Origin: Anaerohalosphaeraceae bacterium
GTDB taxonomy: Bacteria > Planctomycetota > Phycisphaerae > Sedimentisphaerales > Anaerohalosphaeraceae
Direction of reading: 5' to 3'
Length of the DNA stretch: 12,795 nt
Assembly (NCBI GenBank): GCA_050309605.1
Contig: JBNRMN010000086.1
Location: 1 to 12,795 of the forward strand
Below are positions 1 to 8,406 of this stretch, in pieces (within the stretch, counting starts at the first letter, position 1; each line of letters starts with the position of its first letter). The translations under genes were made by a program, and so were the position numbers. The notes beneath the pieces were generated by a model that ran no database searches, was not told the DNA's origin, and saw only the letters and a program-made list of their open reading frames with translations.

Positions 1-551
1 CGGCGCGAACGGTTAATGCAAGGTTCTGGGAAACCTTGTTGGACGCCGACGAAAATTTTTGGACATCGGCAAACTATGCTTCGGGGGCCGGAACGGTCTT
101 AAGCATTGACGCACTGGCCGATGCGATCCGCCGTCTGCGAAATGCCAAAGATGCCGACGGCAATCCGATTTGGGCTGAGCCGAAGTGTCTGGTCGTGCCG
201 CCGGCTTTGGAATCGACTGCGTTAAGACTCGTTAATTCTCAAGAGATTCGCTCGAACGACGAGACGACCTATGCCACGAGCAATCCTTGGCACAATCGCC
301 TTGAGGTTGTCGTGGAGCCGCTCCTCGGAAGTGAATTTCTCGGCGACGACCGGACGTGGTATTTAACCGCCGACAAAGAAATTTTGCCTGCGATGTTGAC
401 TTCGTTCTTGAACGGCAATGAAAACCCGACAGTTGAACCAGCGCAATTGCCTGCCGAGCGTTTAGGTGTCGGTATTCGCGCGTACCTTGATTTTGGTTGC
501 GACCTCGGCGATCCGCGCGGGATTACGAAATATCTCGGTTTTGCAGAGTAA
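1..551 (+). CDS. Phage major capsid protein, Mu gpT-like (HK97 fold); 5'-partial
   Basis: Frame is open from base 3 (ARTVNARFWETLL...) to TAA at 549-551. Motifs 'LSIDALADAIRRLRNAKDADGNPI..EPKCLVVPPALE', 'NPW..RLEVVVEPLL', 'WYLTAD', 'FLNGNENPTVE' and 'RAYLDFG...DPRG' match the C-terminal half of Mu gpT-type head proteins (recognised from memory). Confidence 0.85.
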   Translation, partial: ARTVNARFWETLLDADENFWTSANYASGAGTVLSIDALADAIRRLRNAKDADGNPIWAEPKCLVVPPALESTALRLVNSQEIRSNDETTYATSNPWHNRLEVVVEPLLGSEFLGDDRTWYLTADKEILPAMLTSFLNGNENPTVEPAQLPAERLGVGIRAYLDFGCDLGDPRGITKYLGFAE

Positions 552-572
552 AAGTTTGTTTTTTTCCATTGG

Positions 573-616
573 CAGGGGCGGGCTGAGATTATATCGGTTC
601 GCCCCGCTCCTGTTTT
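573..616 (+). terminator. Intrinsic terminator after the capsid gene
   Basis: CAGGGGCGGG (573-582) pairs with CCCGCTCCTG (603-612), a 10-bp stem with one G:U, followed by TTTT (613-616). It starts 21 bp after the stop codon. Confidence 0.6.
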
Positions 617-636
617 AGGGCCTTAAAAGAGGCCCT
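617..636. repeat. Perfect 7-bp inverted repeat (second hairpin)
   Basis: AGGGCCT-taaaag-AGGCCCT, directly after the terminator; function unknown. Confidence 0.5.
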
Positions 637-828
637 CACGTTCGTTTTAACGGGCTTTTGCCGCTGACCTTATCCCAACTACCCCCTGAGTCGTGTTTTT
701 CGATTCTGCGCAATTCTGGGGCGTTTTCGGATTTTGTATGAAGAATTTTTGTTATGGAAACGCGGCTGCGAACCCGATACAATTAAGGCGGCACAGGGCC
801 GACCGAGTTATGGCTTTCGCTCACGAAA

Positions 829-847
829 AGGACAAACCAGAGGACAA
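829..847 (+). repeat. AGGACAA direct repeat pair; candidate integrase arm-type sites
   Basis: AGGACAA at 829-835 and 841-847, about 55-70 bp inside the att-like tRNA fragment. Confidence 0.35.
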
Positions 848-901
848 CGGGATTTTTGGGAATCTGTAAAATGTTTCGGGGAAAAGGCTTATGGAAACCT
901 T

Positions 902-951
902 GCATCGGTCTTCTGAACCGAGGGTTGGGGGTTCGAGTCCCTCCGGGCGTG
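902..951 (+). pseudogene. 3' fragment of tRNA-Arg (anticodon reads TCT); attR-like site
   Basis: Anticodon arm TCGGT-CTTCTGA-ACCGA (905-921), variable loop GGGTT, T arm GGGGG-TTCGAGT-CCCTC (927-943), acceptor 3' strand CGGGCGT plus discriminator G951. Upstream there is no complementary 5' acceptor strand (ACGCCCG/GCGCCCG) and no D loop. Confidence 0.88.
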
Positions 952-1051
952 GTGGTGGTGGGTCAATTGCCTTGCTGCGATTTTCTGCGTATGGGGAACT
1001 TGGGTTGTGGACGAATTCGATAATCAAGCCGACTACGAGGAGATTGGAAGT

Positions 1052-2512
1052 ATGAACGGCGTATCTGCCGGAGATCGAATGACACGCCGAGGGTTTCTTC
1101 GTTCGGCGGCGGCCGGGGCGGCGGTGTTGGGAATGGCGCCGCTTGGTTTTGCTCAGACGTATGGCGACAGCTCGCCTCAAAAGGATGTCCGCGGCAGTCG
1201 TCCCAATATCATTTTCATCTTGGCCGATGATATGGGCTACGGCGATCTGAGCGTTCTGGGACAGAAGAACTTCAGGACGCCGAATCTGGACACCATGGCC
1301 GAAGAGGGGATGATCCTGACTGACCACTATGCCGGCAATACGGTTTGTGCGCCGTCGCGTGCGACGCTGCTGACCGGTCAGCATACCGGCCATGTCTATC
1401 AGCGCGGCAACGGTGATATCGAGTTTCGCCCCGACCCGCAGGATGTCACGATTGCGACGCGGCTGAAAAGCGCCGGCTATCGTACCGCAATGATTGGCAA
1501 GTCCGGCCTGGCATGCCACTCGGATAATGCGATTTTGCCCCATAAAAAAGGCTTTGATCATTTCTTCGGCTATCTGGATCATCGCGCAGCGCATCGTTAT
1601 TATCCTGCGAAACTGGTTCGAAACGGACGTATTGTTGAATATCCGCACAACAACGGCCATACCGGCCGGGTGTACAGCGGCGATTTGTTTCTGGATGAAA
1701 CCTTGAATTATCTGGATGAGCACGGTCGCTCACAACAGCCGTTTTTCCTGCACTTTGCGCTTCAGCAGCCGCACGCGGATTTGTCGGCGCCGGAAGAATT
1801 TCGTCAGCCCTATATCCATCAGTTCCAAGAGCAGCCCCGGGGAGTCGGGGGCTATCGTCCGCAGTCCCACCCGGCGGCGACCTATGCGGCGATGATTACG
1901 TATGTCGATCACACGGTGCGGCGGGTACTGCAGAAGCTGCGCGAACTGGGCATTGAAAAAAATACACTGGTGATTTTCAGTTCCGACAACGGGTCGTATT
2001 CGGAAGGCGGCTACCATTACAGTATGCACCATTCCAACGGGCCGTTTCGCGGCGGCAAGCGCGATCTGTACGACGGCGGCATTCGTGTGCCGACCATCGC
2101 GTGGTGGCCGGGGACGATTCAGGGCGGCTCGCGCAGCGATCATGTTTCGGCGTTCTGGGATTTTGCGCCCACGGCGCTGGAACTGGCCGGCTTGCCGATT
2201 CCTGAACAGATGGACGGCATTTCGTATCTGCCGACGCTGTTGGGGCAGCACGACCGGCAAAAGCAGCACAGGTATCTGTATTGGGAATTCTATGAGCAGG
2301 GCGGCAAGCAGGCGGTGCGCTGGGGCAAGTGGAAAGGCATCCGTCTGAATGTGCGACGCGATCGGCAGGGACCGATAGAGTTGTACGATATTGTGGACGA
2401 CCCCGGCGAGACGACCCATTTGGCCGAGCGGCATCCGGAGATTGTCAGACAGATTGCGGCCTTTATGGATGAGGCGCATACGCCGGCGGAGTTTTCAGGT
2501 TTTCGATTTTAG
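1052..2512 (+). CDS. Tat-exported arylsulfatase-like protein (S1 formylglycine-dependent sulfatase)
   Basis: RBS GAGGAG (1037-1042) precedes ATG 1052, preferred over GTG 1007. Twin-arginine signal TRRGFL; motifs NIIFILADDMGYGD, CAPSRATLLTG (CxPxR), SSDNG, GGKRDLYDGGIRVP, ELYDIVDDPGE. Confidence 0.95.
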   Translation: MNGVSAGDRMTRRGFLRSAAAGAAVLGMAPLGFAQTYGDSSPQKDVRGSRPNIIFILADDMGYGDLSVLGQKNFRTPNLDTMAEEGMILTDHYAGNTVCAPSRATLLTGQHTGHVYQRGNGDIEFRPDPQDVTIATRLKSAGYRTAMIGKSGLACHSDNAILPHKKGFDHFFGYLDHRAAHRYYPAKLVRNGRIVEYPHNNGHTGRVYSGDLFLDETLNYLDEHGRSQQPFFLHFALQQPHADLSAPEEFRQPYIHQFQEQPRGVGGYRPQSHPAATYAAMITYVDHTVRRVLQKLRELGIEKNTLVIFSSDNGSYSEGGYHYSMHHSNGPFRGGKRDLYDGGIRVPTIAWWPGTIQGGSRSDHVSAFWDFAPTALELAGLPIPEQMDGISYLPTLLGQHDRQKQHRYLYWEFYEQGGKQAVRWGKWKGIRLNVRRDRQGPIELYDIVDDPGETTHLAERHPEIVRQIAAFMDEAHTPAEFSGFRF

Positions 2513-2552
2513 CAAGCCCATTCAATCGTGATTATTACGGAAAGGGTATGCA

Positions 2553-4124
2553 ATGCGTATTCAATTGAATCGACGTGATTTTGTGAAGGCGGCTCTGGCG
2601 GGGATGACGCTTGGTCCTCAGGCATGGGGACAGGCAATGGCTCCGAACGCCGGTTCAGATAATGCAAAGCAGCCACGGCATATTGTGATTATTTATGCCG
2701 ATGATCTGGGGTGGGGCGATGTGGGCTGTTACGGGGCCACGGCGGTCAAGACGCCGCATATTGACCGCTTGGCTCAGGAGGGCATTCGCTTTACCAGCGG
2801 CTATGCGCCGGCGGCGACGTGCACTCCGTCGCGGTATGCGATGCTGACCGGTGAATATGCCTGGCGAAAGCAGGGCAAAGGCGTTGCTCCCGGTGATGCG
2901 CCGCTGCTGATTGAACCGGGGCGGACGACGATGGCCTCGATCTTAAAGGATGCCGGCTACCATACCGGCGTCGTTGGCAAGTGGCATCTGGGGCTGGGCG
3001 ACGGCGCTCTGGACTGGAACGGTAAGATCGCGCCGGGGCCGCTGGAACTGGGGTTTGATTACTGTTTTCTGATTCCGGCTACGGGCGACCGCGTGCCGTG
3101 TGTGTATGTCGAAAACCATCGCGTCGTCGGTCTTGACCCGGAAGACCCGATTGAAGTGAGCTATCGAGAGCGTATCGGGATTGCCCCGACGGGAAACCAG
3201 AATCCTGAATTGCTGAAGATGCGTCCCAGCCACGGTCACGACCAAACGATCATCAACGGCATCAGTCGGATTGGGTATATGCGAGGGGGCTATTCGGCCT
3301 GGTGGAAAGATGAAGAGTTTGCCGATGTGCTGAGCAGCAAAGCGGTGGATTACATTGAAAAGCACAAGGACGAAACATTCTTTTTATATTTTTCACTGCA
3401 CGACCCGCATGTTCCGCGTGTGCCGCATGAGCGTTTCGAAGGCAAGACAGAGATGGGCCCCCGCGGCGATGTGATTGTTCAGATCGACTGGTGTGTCAAG
3501 CAGATTCTCGATACGCTGGATCGATTGAATCTGGCCGATGACACACTGGTGATTTTCAGCAGCGATAACGGCCCGGTGCTGGATGATGGATATCACGATC
3601 AGTCCGCTGAATTGGTCGGCGATCACAAACCGGCCGGCCCGTTCCGCGGGTGGAAGTACAGCCGATTTGAAGGCGGGACGCGCGTGCCATTAATTGCGCG
3701 GTGGCCCAAACAGATCAAACCCGGCCAGGTCAGTGATGCGATTATCGGACACATGGATTTTCCGGCGACCTTTGCGGCGCTGAGCGGCCGGCAATTAGCC
3801 GATGACGACGCTCCGGACAGTTTCAATGTACTCGATGCCCTGCTGGGCATCAGTGAGACCGGTCGCGACCATATTGTCCAGGAGGGTATTCGCAATGCGC
3901 TGGGCTTTCGCGCAGGCGACTGGAAATATCATGAACCGTCCACCGCGGCACGAATCGCCTGGCAGACGGGCATCGATATCGGCGCCCGGCCTTTTGCGCA
4001 GTTGTATAATCTCAAAGATGATCCCGGCGAAACGGCCAATCTGGCCGAGCGCTATCCTGAAAAGGTCAAACAAATGCATGACCGGCTTGAGCGAATTAAA
4101 CACACAGGCCGAAGCCGACCGTAA
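2553..4124 (+). CDS. Tat-exported arylsulfatase-like protein (S1 sulfatase)
   Basis: Twin-arginine signal NRRDFV; motifs IVIIYADDLGWGD, CTPSRYAMLTG, GKWHLG, SSDNG, EGGTRVP, LYNLKDDPGE. Purine-rich RBS upstream; starts 40 bp after the first sulfatase. Confidence 0.95.
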   Translation: MRIQLNRRDFVKAALAGMTLGPQAWGQAMAPNAGSDNAKQPRHIVIIYADDLGWGDVGCYGATAVKTPHIDRLAQEGIRFTSGYAPAATCTPSRYAMLTGEYAWRKQGKGVAPGDAPLLIEPGRTTMASILKDAGYHTGVVGKWHLGLGDGALDWNGKIAPGPLELGFDYCFLIPATGDRVPCVYVENHRVVGLDPEDPIEVSYRERIGIAPTGNQNPELLKMRPSHGHDQTIINGISRIGYMRGGYSAWWKDEEFADVLSSKAVDYIEKHKDETFFLYFSLHDPHVPRVPHERFEGKTEMGPRGDVIVQIDWCVKQILDTLDRLNLADDTLVIFSSDNGPVLDDGYHDQSAELVGDHKPAGPFRGWKYSRFEGGTRVPLIARWPKQIKPGQVSDAIIGHMDFPATFAALSGRQLADDDAPDSFNVLDALLGISETGRDHIVQEGIRNALGFRAGDWKYHEPSTAARIAWQTGIDIGARPFAQLYNLKDDPGETANLAERYPEKVKQMHDRLERIKHTGRSRP

Positions 4125-4162
4125 CATAAATCCGGTTGAGGTGAAGGGAGATGAATGCGGGA

Positions 4163-5167
4163 TTACACCCCTGTCTGGATCTGACTTAGCAGGGCGGCGA
4201 TGTCGTTGGTGCAAAGTGAAGCAAAGCTTTCAGGCTCCGGCTGAAATACCGTCACCGCCGGGCCGAGAGGGCGGTAGAGCGTCGGGCGGGTCGGGCCGAA
4301 CAGGACGACGGTTTTTTGGGCCAGAGCGCCGGCGATATGGCTGATGCCGCTGTCGTTGCCGATATACACATCCGCCTGGGTCAGGAGCTGGACGACCTGG
4401 GTGAGCGTCAAATTTGACACGATTGTTCCGGCATGTCGGAATTGTTCAAGGGTATCGGATTCCATTCGTTCTTGTTCGGCGGGTCCAAGCAAGAAAACCG
4501 GGTTCAGGCCGAATTCATCGAGGGCATAGGCCAAGGCTACAAAATTCTCCGGATGCCAGCATTTGTGTCGGCCGCCGCTGCCGGGATGAATCATCGCGAT
4601 GGGGCTGTCGGGATCAAGGCCGGCCTTTCGGAGCACGTCCTGTCCGGCCGTGTCATCTTCCGCGGTGGGTCTGAGCCAGGGGACCGACAGGTTGACGTCC
4701 GGCATATCAAGGCCGAGTTGCTCGGCATAGGAGCGAATATAAAAACGGCTGACGTGTTCGTCGATCGGTGGCGGCGGCGTCATCGGCAGCAGGGTAACCT
4801 CGGCCGAGTGGCTGCAATGTACCGTCAGCAGCAGATTCTGTTCGAAATCAGGATGCTCGGCGCCGAGAAAGCTGACGATTTGTTCATAGCCCTGAAACGT
4901 TGTAATCAGCCGGTCGGGGTCGTCGAGCGTGAATTCACTGGTCGGCGTAAACAGCCGATGCAGCGGGGCCGATTCGAGCGGACGCACATGATCAATGCAG
5001 CACCGTCGCGGATAGAACCCAATTGCCCCAAGCCGTCCCATATAGTGCACCTGATCCAGCCGGCAGGCCTGCTTTACAAACGCGGCCAGCGGCAGCGTCA
5101 GCAGACAATCGCCGATGGCTCCGGAGTGCAGTATCAGTCCTTTTCGCGGTTCGGGGCAGGGTATCAT
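4163..5167 (-). CDS. Glycosyltransferase family 9 (ADP-heptose:LPS heptosyltransferase-like)
   Basis: Motifs GAIGDCLLTLP, IHPGSGGRHKCW, YIGNDSGISHIAGA, VVLFGPT. Start overlaps the upstream stop (ATGA, 5164-5167). Confidence 0.9.
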   Translation of the reverse strand: MIPCPEPRKGLILHSGAIGDCLLTLPLAAFVKQACRLDQVHYMGRLGAIGFYPRRCCIDHVRPLESAPLHRLFTPTSEFTLDDPDRLITTFQGYEQIVSFLGAEHPDFEQNLLLTVHCSHSAEVTLLPMTPPPPIDEHVSRFYIRSYAEQLGLDMPDVNLSVPWLRPTAEDDTAGQDVLRKAGLDPDSPIAMIHPGSGGRHKCWHPENFVALAYALDEFGLNPVFLLGPAEQERMESDTLEQFRHAGTIVSNLTLTQVVQLLTQADVYIGNDSGISHIAGALAQKTVVLFGPTRPTLYRPLGPAVTVFQPEPESFASLCTNDIAALLSQIQTGV

Positions 5168-7497
5168 AGATCTTGCGGGTAAATCACGATTCGGTCGTGC
5201 ATCAGAGCGATGATGTCGGCGGCGCCGTTGCCGGTGACGTCGGCGATCAGCAGTTCGCGCGGCTCGGCCAGTCCCATCGGCGGTTCACGGTCGAAACTTT
5301 TCTGCTCAAACAGTCTGAACCGGGTTCCCTGAAGGATGCGAATGGTCTGGTCCGTGAAATCATAGGTCAGGATGTCCAGATAATTTTTGCGAAACTCCAC
5401 CAGAATGATGTCGTCTCGGCCGTCTGAATTGACATCACCGACGGCCAAGTGGGCGTAGCGTCCGTCGCGGATGCGCGTCTCCCATGAAAACACGTTCTCC
5501 AGATCAAAGGCAGCGTCTTTGCTTAGCCGGGCTTTGGGAACGACAAAGGCGATCTTTTCGCCGTCAAACAAGACCGGATGACGTCCGGCGGCGTATAAAT
5601 CTTCAAACAGCAGTTTGAGTTGGGCGGACGGATTCCATTGGCCGACCGGTACGGTCGAGCTGACGCGGTACGCGCCGCCGTCGTCGGGTTTGAGGATCTG
5701 GAGCTGCTGGTTTTTCCTATCCAGCAGAATCACTTCCACCGTGTCGTCGCCGTCGATGTCGCCCATGGCCGCTGCCACGATTTCATCATCGCGTCCGGCG
5801 GCGTTGTATTGGTCGAGGATGCTCCAGGCGCCGTCCTGCCCGAAGATCAGGGCGCGCGCGAAGTTTTGCTGACTGAGCAGTAATTCCGGCTTGCCGTTTT
5901 GGTTGGTATCGGCTGTTGTCAGGGTCTGCCGCGAGGCGGTTTTAATCAGTCCCGACTGGGTTTGCCGCCGCGGGATTGTTTCAAATGTCAACTCGGTGGT
6001 TTGACGAATGACCAGCGGTTCTTCATACGCACGGAAAATCAGGATATCCGTCAAGCCGTCCTGATCGATGTCCACGGCCATTATAGACTGTGGGTTGGAC
6101 ATCAGTTCGTCGAGTTTGAACGGTTCGCCGTGCGGGACGATCAGGCCGTTTGAGTCGGTCTTGCAGACGCCCAGATATCGGATGTCCTCGTCGCTTCGGC
6201 CGATATACACGCACTCCACGCGGCCGTCGCCGTTCATGTCCGCCAGGGTCATCGCAACGGGTTCCAGCGGAATGCGAATCGGCGAGGGAAACGTCATTCG
6301 TCCGTCCTCAAAGCGGCTGACACCGATGGTCCGTTCCTGGATGCTCAGCATCACCACGTCGTCGCATCCGTCGCCATTCATATCCGCCGCCGCCAGGGTG
6401 ACGATATTGGCCAGTGCGGGGAAATCTTCCGGCCAGGTCAGGCCCGTTTCGCTGTTGAGAAACAGCGTGATTTTGGCGTCGCCGGGGCGACTGATCAGAA
6501 CATCTTTGCGTCCGTCGCCGTTGACATCGGCTGTGACCATATCGCGTTCGGTGTTTTGGCCGCCGTCGGCCAGCGGATACAGCAGCATTGCATACGCCGC
6601 CTCGTCATCATCGGGCAACGCCCTGTGCAGCCGACTGCCGGAAAGCCGTCCGCTGACCCGTTCGATTGACAATAACCGTTTCGGCTCGTCCAGCATTTCG
6701 AAATCCGTAAACGGCTCGGTCTTATAGGGGATAACCGGTCCCAGCCGGCCGTCGGGACGTCCGAAACGTACATGCAGCGGATACAGACGATCATTGGTCA
6801 CGCACACCAGATCATTGTATCCGTCGCCGTCAAAATCGAGGAGGCGGGCTTCGAATATCTGTGAATGGGACGGATATACTATCGGGTCGGACAACGTGCC
6901 GTCGTCTTCCTGCAAAACGATAAACACGGACCTGGCGCCGGCGACGACCAAATCGTCTCTGCCGTCGCCGTTGATATCCCCGCAGGCCAATGCGCCGCGG
7001 CTTCGCAGGCCGTCGCGAATCCGGATTCGTCGCGGGCTTTGCCAGAGGAGCCGGTCTTTTGGTCCGGACGGTTCCTGATAAAAGATATACAAACCCGGCG
7101 GCTCGGCATAGACGGCGATATCGCAACGGCCGCTGCCGTTCAGGTCGCCGCAGACCATATTGCCCGGCTGGATGGTCAGCAGCATATCCTGCCGCTCGAA
7201 ACGGCCGAATCCGACCAGTTCATTGATGTGCTCGGGTGTCGTCGTCGGCGCCGTATTGGGATCTTCTTTTTGAATGTACAGCTCGATGCGGCTTCGCTGA
7301 TTGTTTACCACCGCGATGTCGTTCAGTCCGTTGCCGGTCAGATCACAGACGGTCATACTGTGAATGCCGAAATCGGATTTGAGGATTTCCAGTTCGCCGA
7401 ATCCGTAGTAATGGGATAGATCATTGCCGTCCTGAGCCGTTGCGACCGACAGGCTCATCAGCAGCAGCCCCATCCTCAAAAAGCCATGTTGAATCAT
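5164..7497 (-). CDS. Secreted FG-GAP/VCBS-repeat beta-propeller protein
   Basis: N-terminal signal peptide (RMGLLLMSLSVATA-Q) and 12 clear D-x-[NDT]-x-[DNS]-[GD]-x-x-[DE]-like Ca-binding blade motifs (e.g. GDINGDGRDDLVV, ADVNGDGRKDVLI, GDVNSDGRDDIIL). Confidence 0.9.
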   Translation of the reverse strand: MIQHGFLRMGLLLMSLSVATAQDGNDLSHYYGFGELEILKSDFGIHSMTVCDLTGNGLNDIAVVNNQRSRIELYIQKEDPNTAPTTTPEHINELVGFGRFERQDMLLTIQPGNMVCGDLNGSGRCDIAVYAEPPGLYIFYQEPSGPKDRLLWQSPRRIRIRDGLRSRGALACGDINGDGRDDLVVAGARSVFIVLQEDDGTLSDPIVYPSHSQIFEARLLDFDGDGYNDLVCVTNDRLYPLHVRFGRPDGRLGPVIPYKTEPFTDFEMLDEPKRLLSIERVSGRLSGSRLHRALPDDDEAAYAMLLYPLADGGQNTERDMVTADVNGDGRKDVLISRPGDAKITLFLNSETGLTWPEDFPALANIVTLAAADMNGDGCDDVVMLSIQERTIGVSRFEDGRMTFPSPIRIPLEPVAMTLADMNGDGRVECVYIGRSDEDIRYLGVCKTDSNGLIVPHGEPFKLDELMSNPQSIMAVDIDQDGLTDILIFRAYEEPLVIRQTTELTFETIPRRQTQSGLIKTASRQTLTTADTNQNGKPELLLSQQNFARALIFGQDGAWSILDQYNAAGRDDEIVAAAMGDIDGDDTVEVILLDRKNQQLQILKPDDGGAYRVSSTVPVGQWNPSAQLKLLFEDLYAAGRHPVLFDGEKIAFVVPKARLSKDAAFDLENVFSWETRIRDGRYAHLAVGDVNSDGRDDIILVEFRKNYLDILTYDFTDQTIRILQGTRFRLFEQKSFDREPPMGLAEPRELLIADVTGNGAADIIALMHDRIVIYPQDL

Positions 7498-7519
7498 TGT
7501 CTGCCCTTAACCTTGTGGA

Positions 7520-8368
7520 TTATTCATCATTTTGACGAAAGATGCCGCGAATCGCTTCGCCGGCACCTTTGCCGATGTCTTCAGCGCCTTCCAGAAGCCC
7601 TTTGCCGATGTCGCCGGTACCGTCCAGAATGCCCTTGCCGACATTCAGGGCCTCGCGGAGCATCTCTTGGCCCGCGCCCAATACGCTTTCGCCCAGATTG
7701 TTGAGCATATCCAGCGGCAGCATATCCTTGCCTTCCTCAATGATGCCGCCGGCAATCGCGGCCAGAATAATGCCGGTCAATTGAGCGGCGTCAATTTTTT
7801 CATCTGTTCCGATGTCGGTCAGCATGATGGGGGAAAGGCGAAGACTGACCGTATCGGCCCGACCGGGAATCGGCAGCAGCTTGGCGTTGACCCGGACGCC
7901 GTTGATGTGCAGCTCCTTGATTCGCAGGTTCTTGGACGGTTTGTCCCCCGGCGGCGGAGCGTCGGATTTGGGCAGATTGTTGATGACCTCCTGAAGGTTG
8001 CTGGTCAGACCTTTTTGTTCGAGCGTCAGGCTGATGTTGTCAAGCTGGATTTTTTCCATCTCCACCGTGTCGCTGAGCAGACTGCCGATGTTGACCGCCA
8101 TAGAGCCGTGTTCAAGCGTCAGCAGGTTCGGGTGTTCGTAGCCTTCGGGATTATCGACAACCAGATTGTCCATGCTCAGCGTTCCGCCGAAAATCGACAG
8201 GGCGGCGTTGTCCAGCCGGACGCCTACTTTCAGTGCGTGGCGTGCACCCTGCTCGATGCCGACTTTTACCGCGCGGTTACCGAAGAGACTGATCAGCACA
8301 ACGGCCAAGACAATCAGAATGACCGCACCTGTGATGAGGACGCCGACCAATTTTTTTGCGAGTTTCAT
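7520..8368 (-). CDS. AsmA-family / DUF748-like membrane-anchored protein
   Basis: RBS AAGGAG precedes ATG 8368 (MKLAKK...). Single N-terminal TM helix, then a beta-rich AsmA-type segment (GVRLDNAALSIFGGTLSMDNLVVDNPEGY...VEMEKIQLDNISLTLEQ). Confidence 0.75.
   Translation of the reverse strand: MKLAKKLVGVLITGAVILIVLAVVLISLFGNRAVKVGIEQGARHALKVGVRLDNAALSIFGGTLSMDNLVVDNPEGYEHPNLLTLEHGSMAVNIGSLLSDTVEMEKIQLDNISLTLEQKGLTSNLQEVINNLPKSDAPPPGDKPSKNLRIKELHINGVRVNAKLLPIPGRADTVSLRLSPIMLTDIGTDEKIDAAQLTGIILAAIAGGIIEEGKDMLPLDMLNNLGESVLGAGQEMLREALNVGKGILDGTGDIGKGLLEGAEDIGKGAGEAIRGIFRQNDE
7566..7645 (-). repeat. 33-bp (11-aa) tandem repeat in the AsmA-like C-terminus
   Basis: CCTTTGCCGATGTC at 7566 and 7599, CCCTTGCCGACATT at 7632; encodes (N/D)(V/I)GKG(I/L)L(D/E)G repeats. 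Confidence 0.8.
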
Positions 8369-8406
8369 TGTTTTCTCCTTAATCAATTGAATCTATATCT
8401 ATCCGT

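Larger units (their letters stand above)
1..951. mobile_element. Right end of a tRNA-Arg-integrated prophage or satellite-like element
   Basis: A phage capsid gene is followed by non-coding DNA and then a 5'-truncated tRNA (att core). Host-type genes resume immediately afterwards. Confidence 0.75.

Noticed and set aside
1..551. Encapsulin shell protein instead of phage capsid
   Set aside because: Motifs fit the Mu gpT-type head family, and the adjacent tRNA att remnant favours a mobile element. Not fully excluded without upstream sequence.
734..916. 60-aa plus-strand ORF
   Set aside because: No recognisable motif or clear RBS; it runs through the att-proximal repeats into the tRNA fragment.
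880..951. Intact tRNA-Arg gene
   Set aside because: No 5' acceptor strand or D loop upstream of 902; only the 3' portion is present.
967..995. Possible promoter TTGCCT-17-TATGGG for the sulfatases
   Set aside because: The -10 element is too poor to support a call.
4125..4162. Bidirectional terminator between the convergent sulfatase and GT9 genes
   Set aside because: No convincing hairpin in the 38-bp gap.
821..4344. Long antisense or alternate-frame ORFs over the sulfatases (e.g. 821-1723, 1730-2479, 2943-3365, 3802-4344)
   Set aside because: Shadow ORFs of GC-rich coding DNA; 821-1723 also contains the antisense tRNA translation (PEGLEPPTLGSEDRC).
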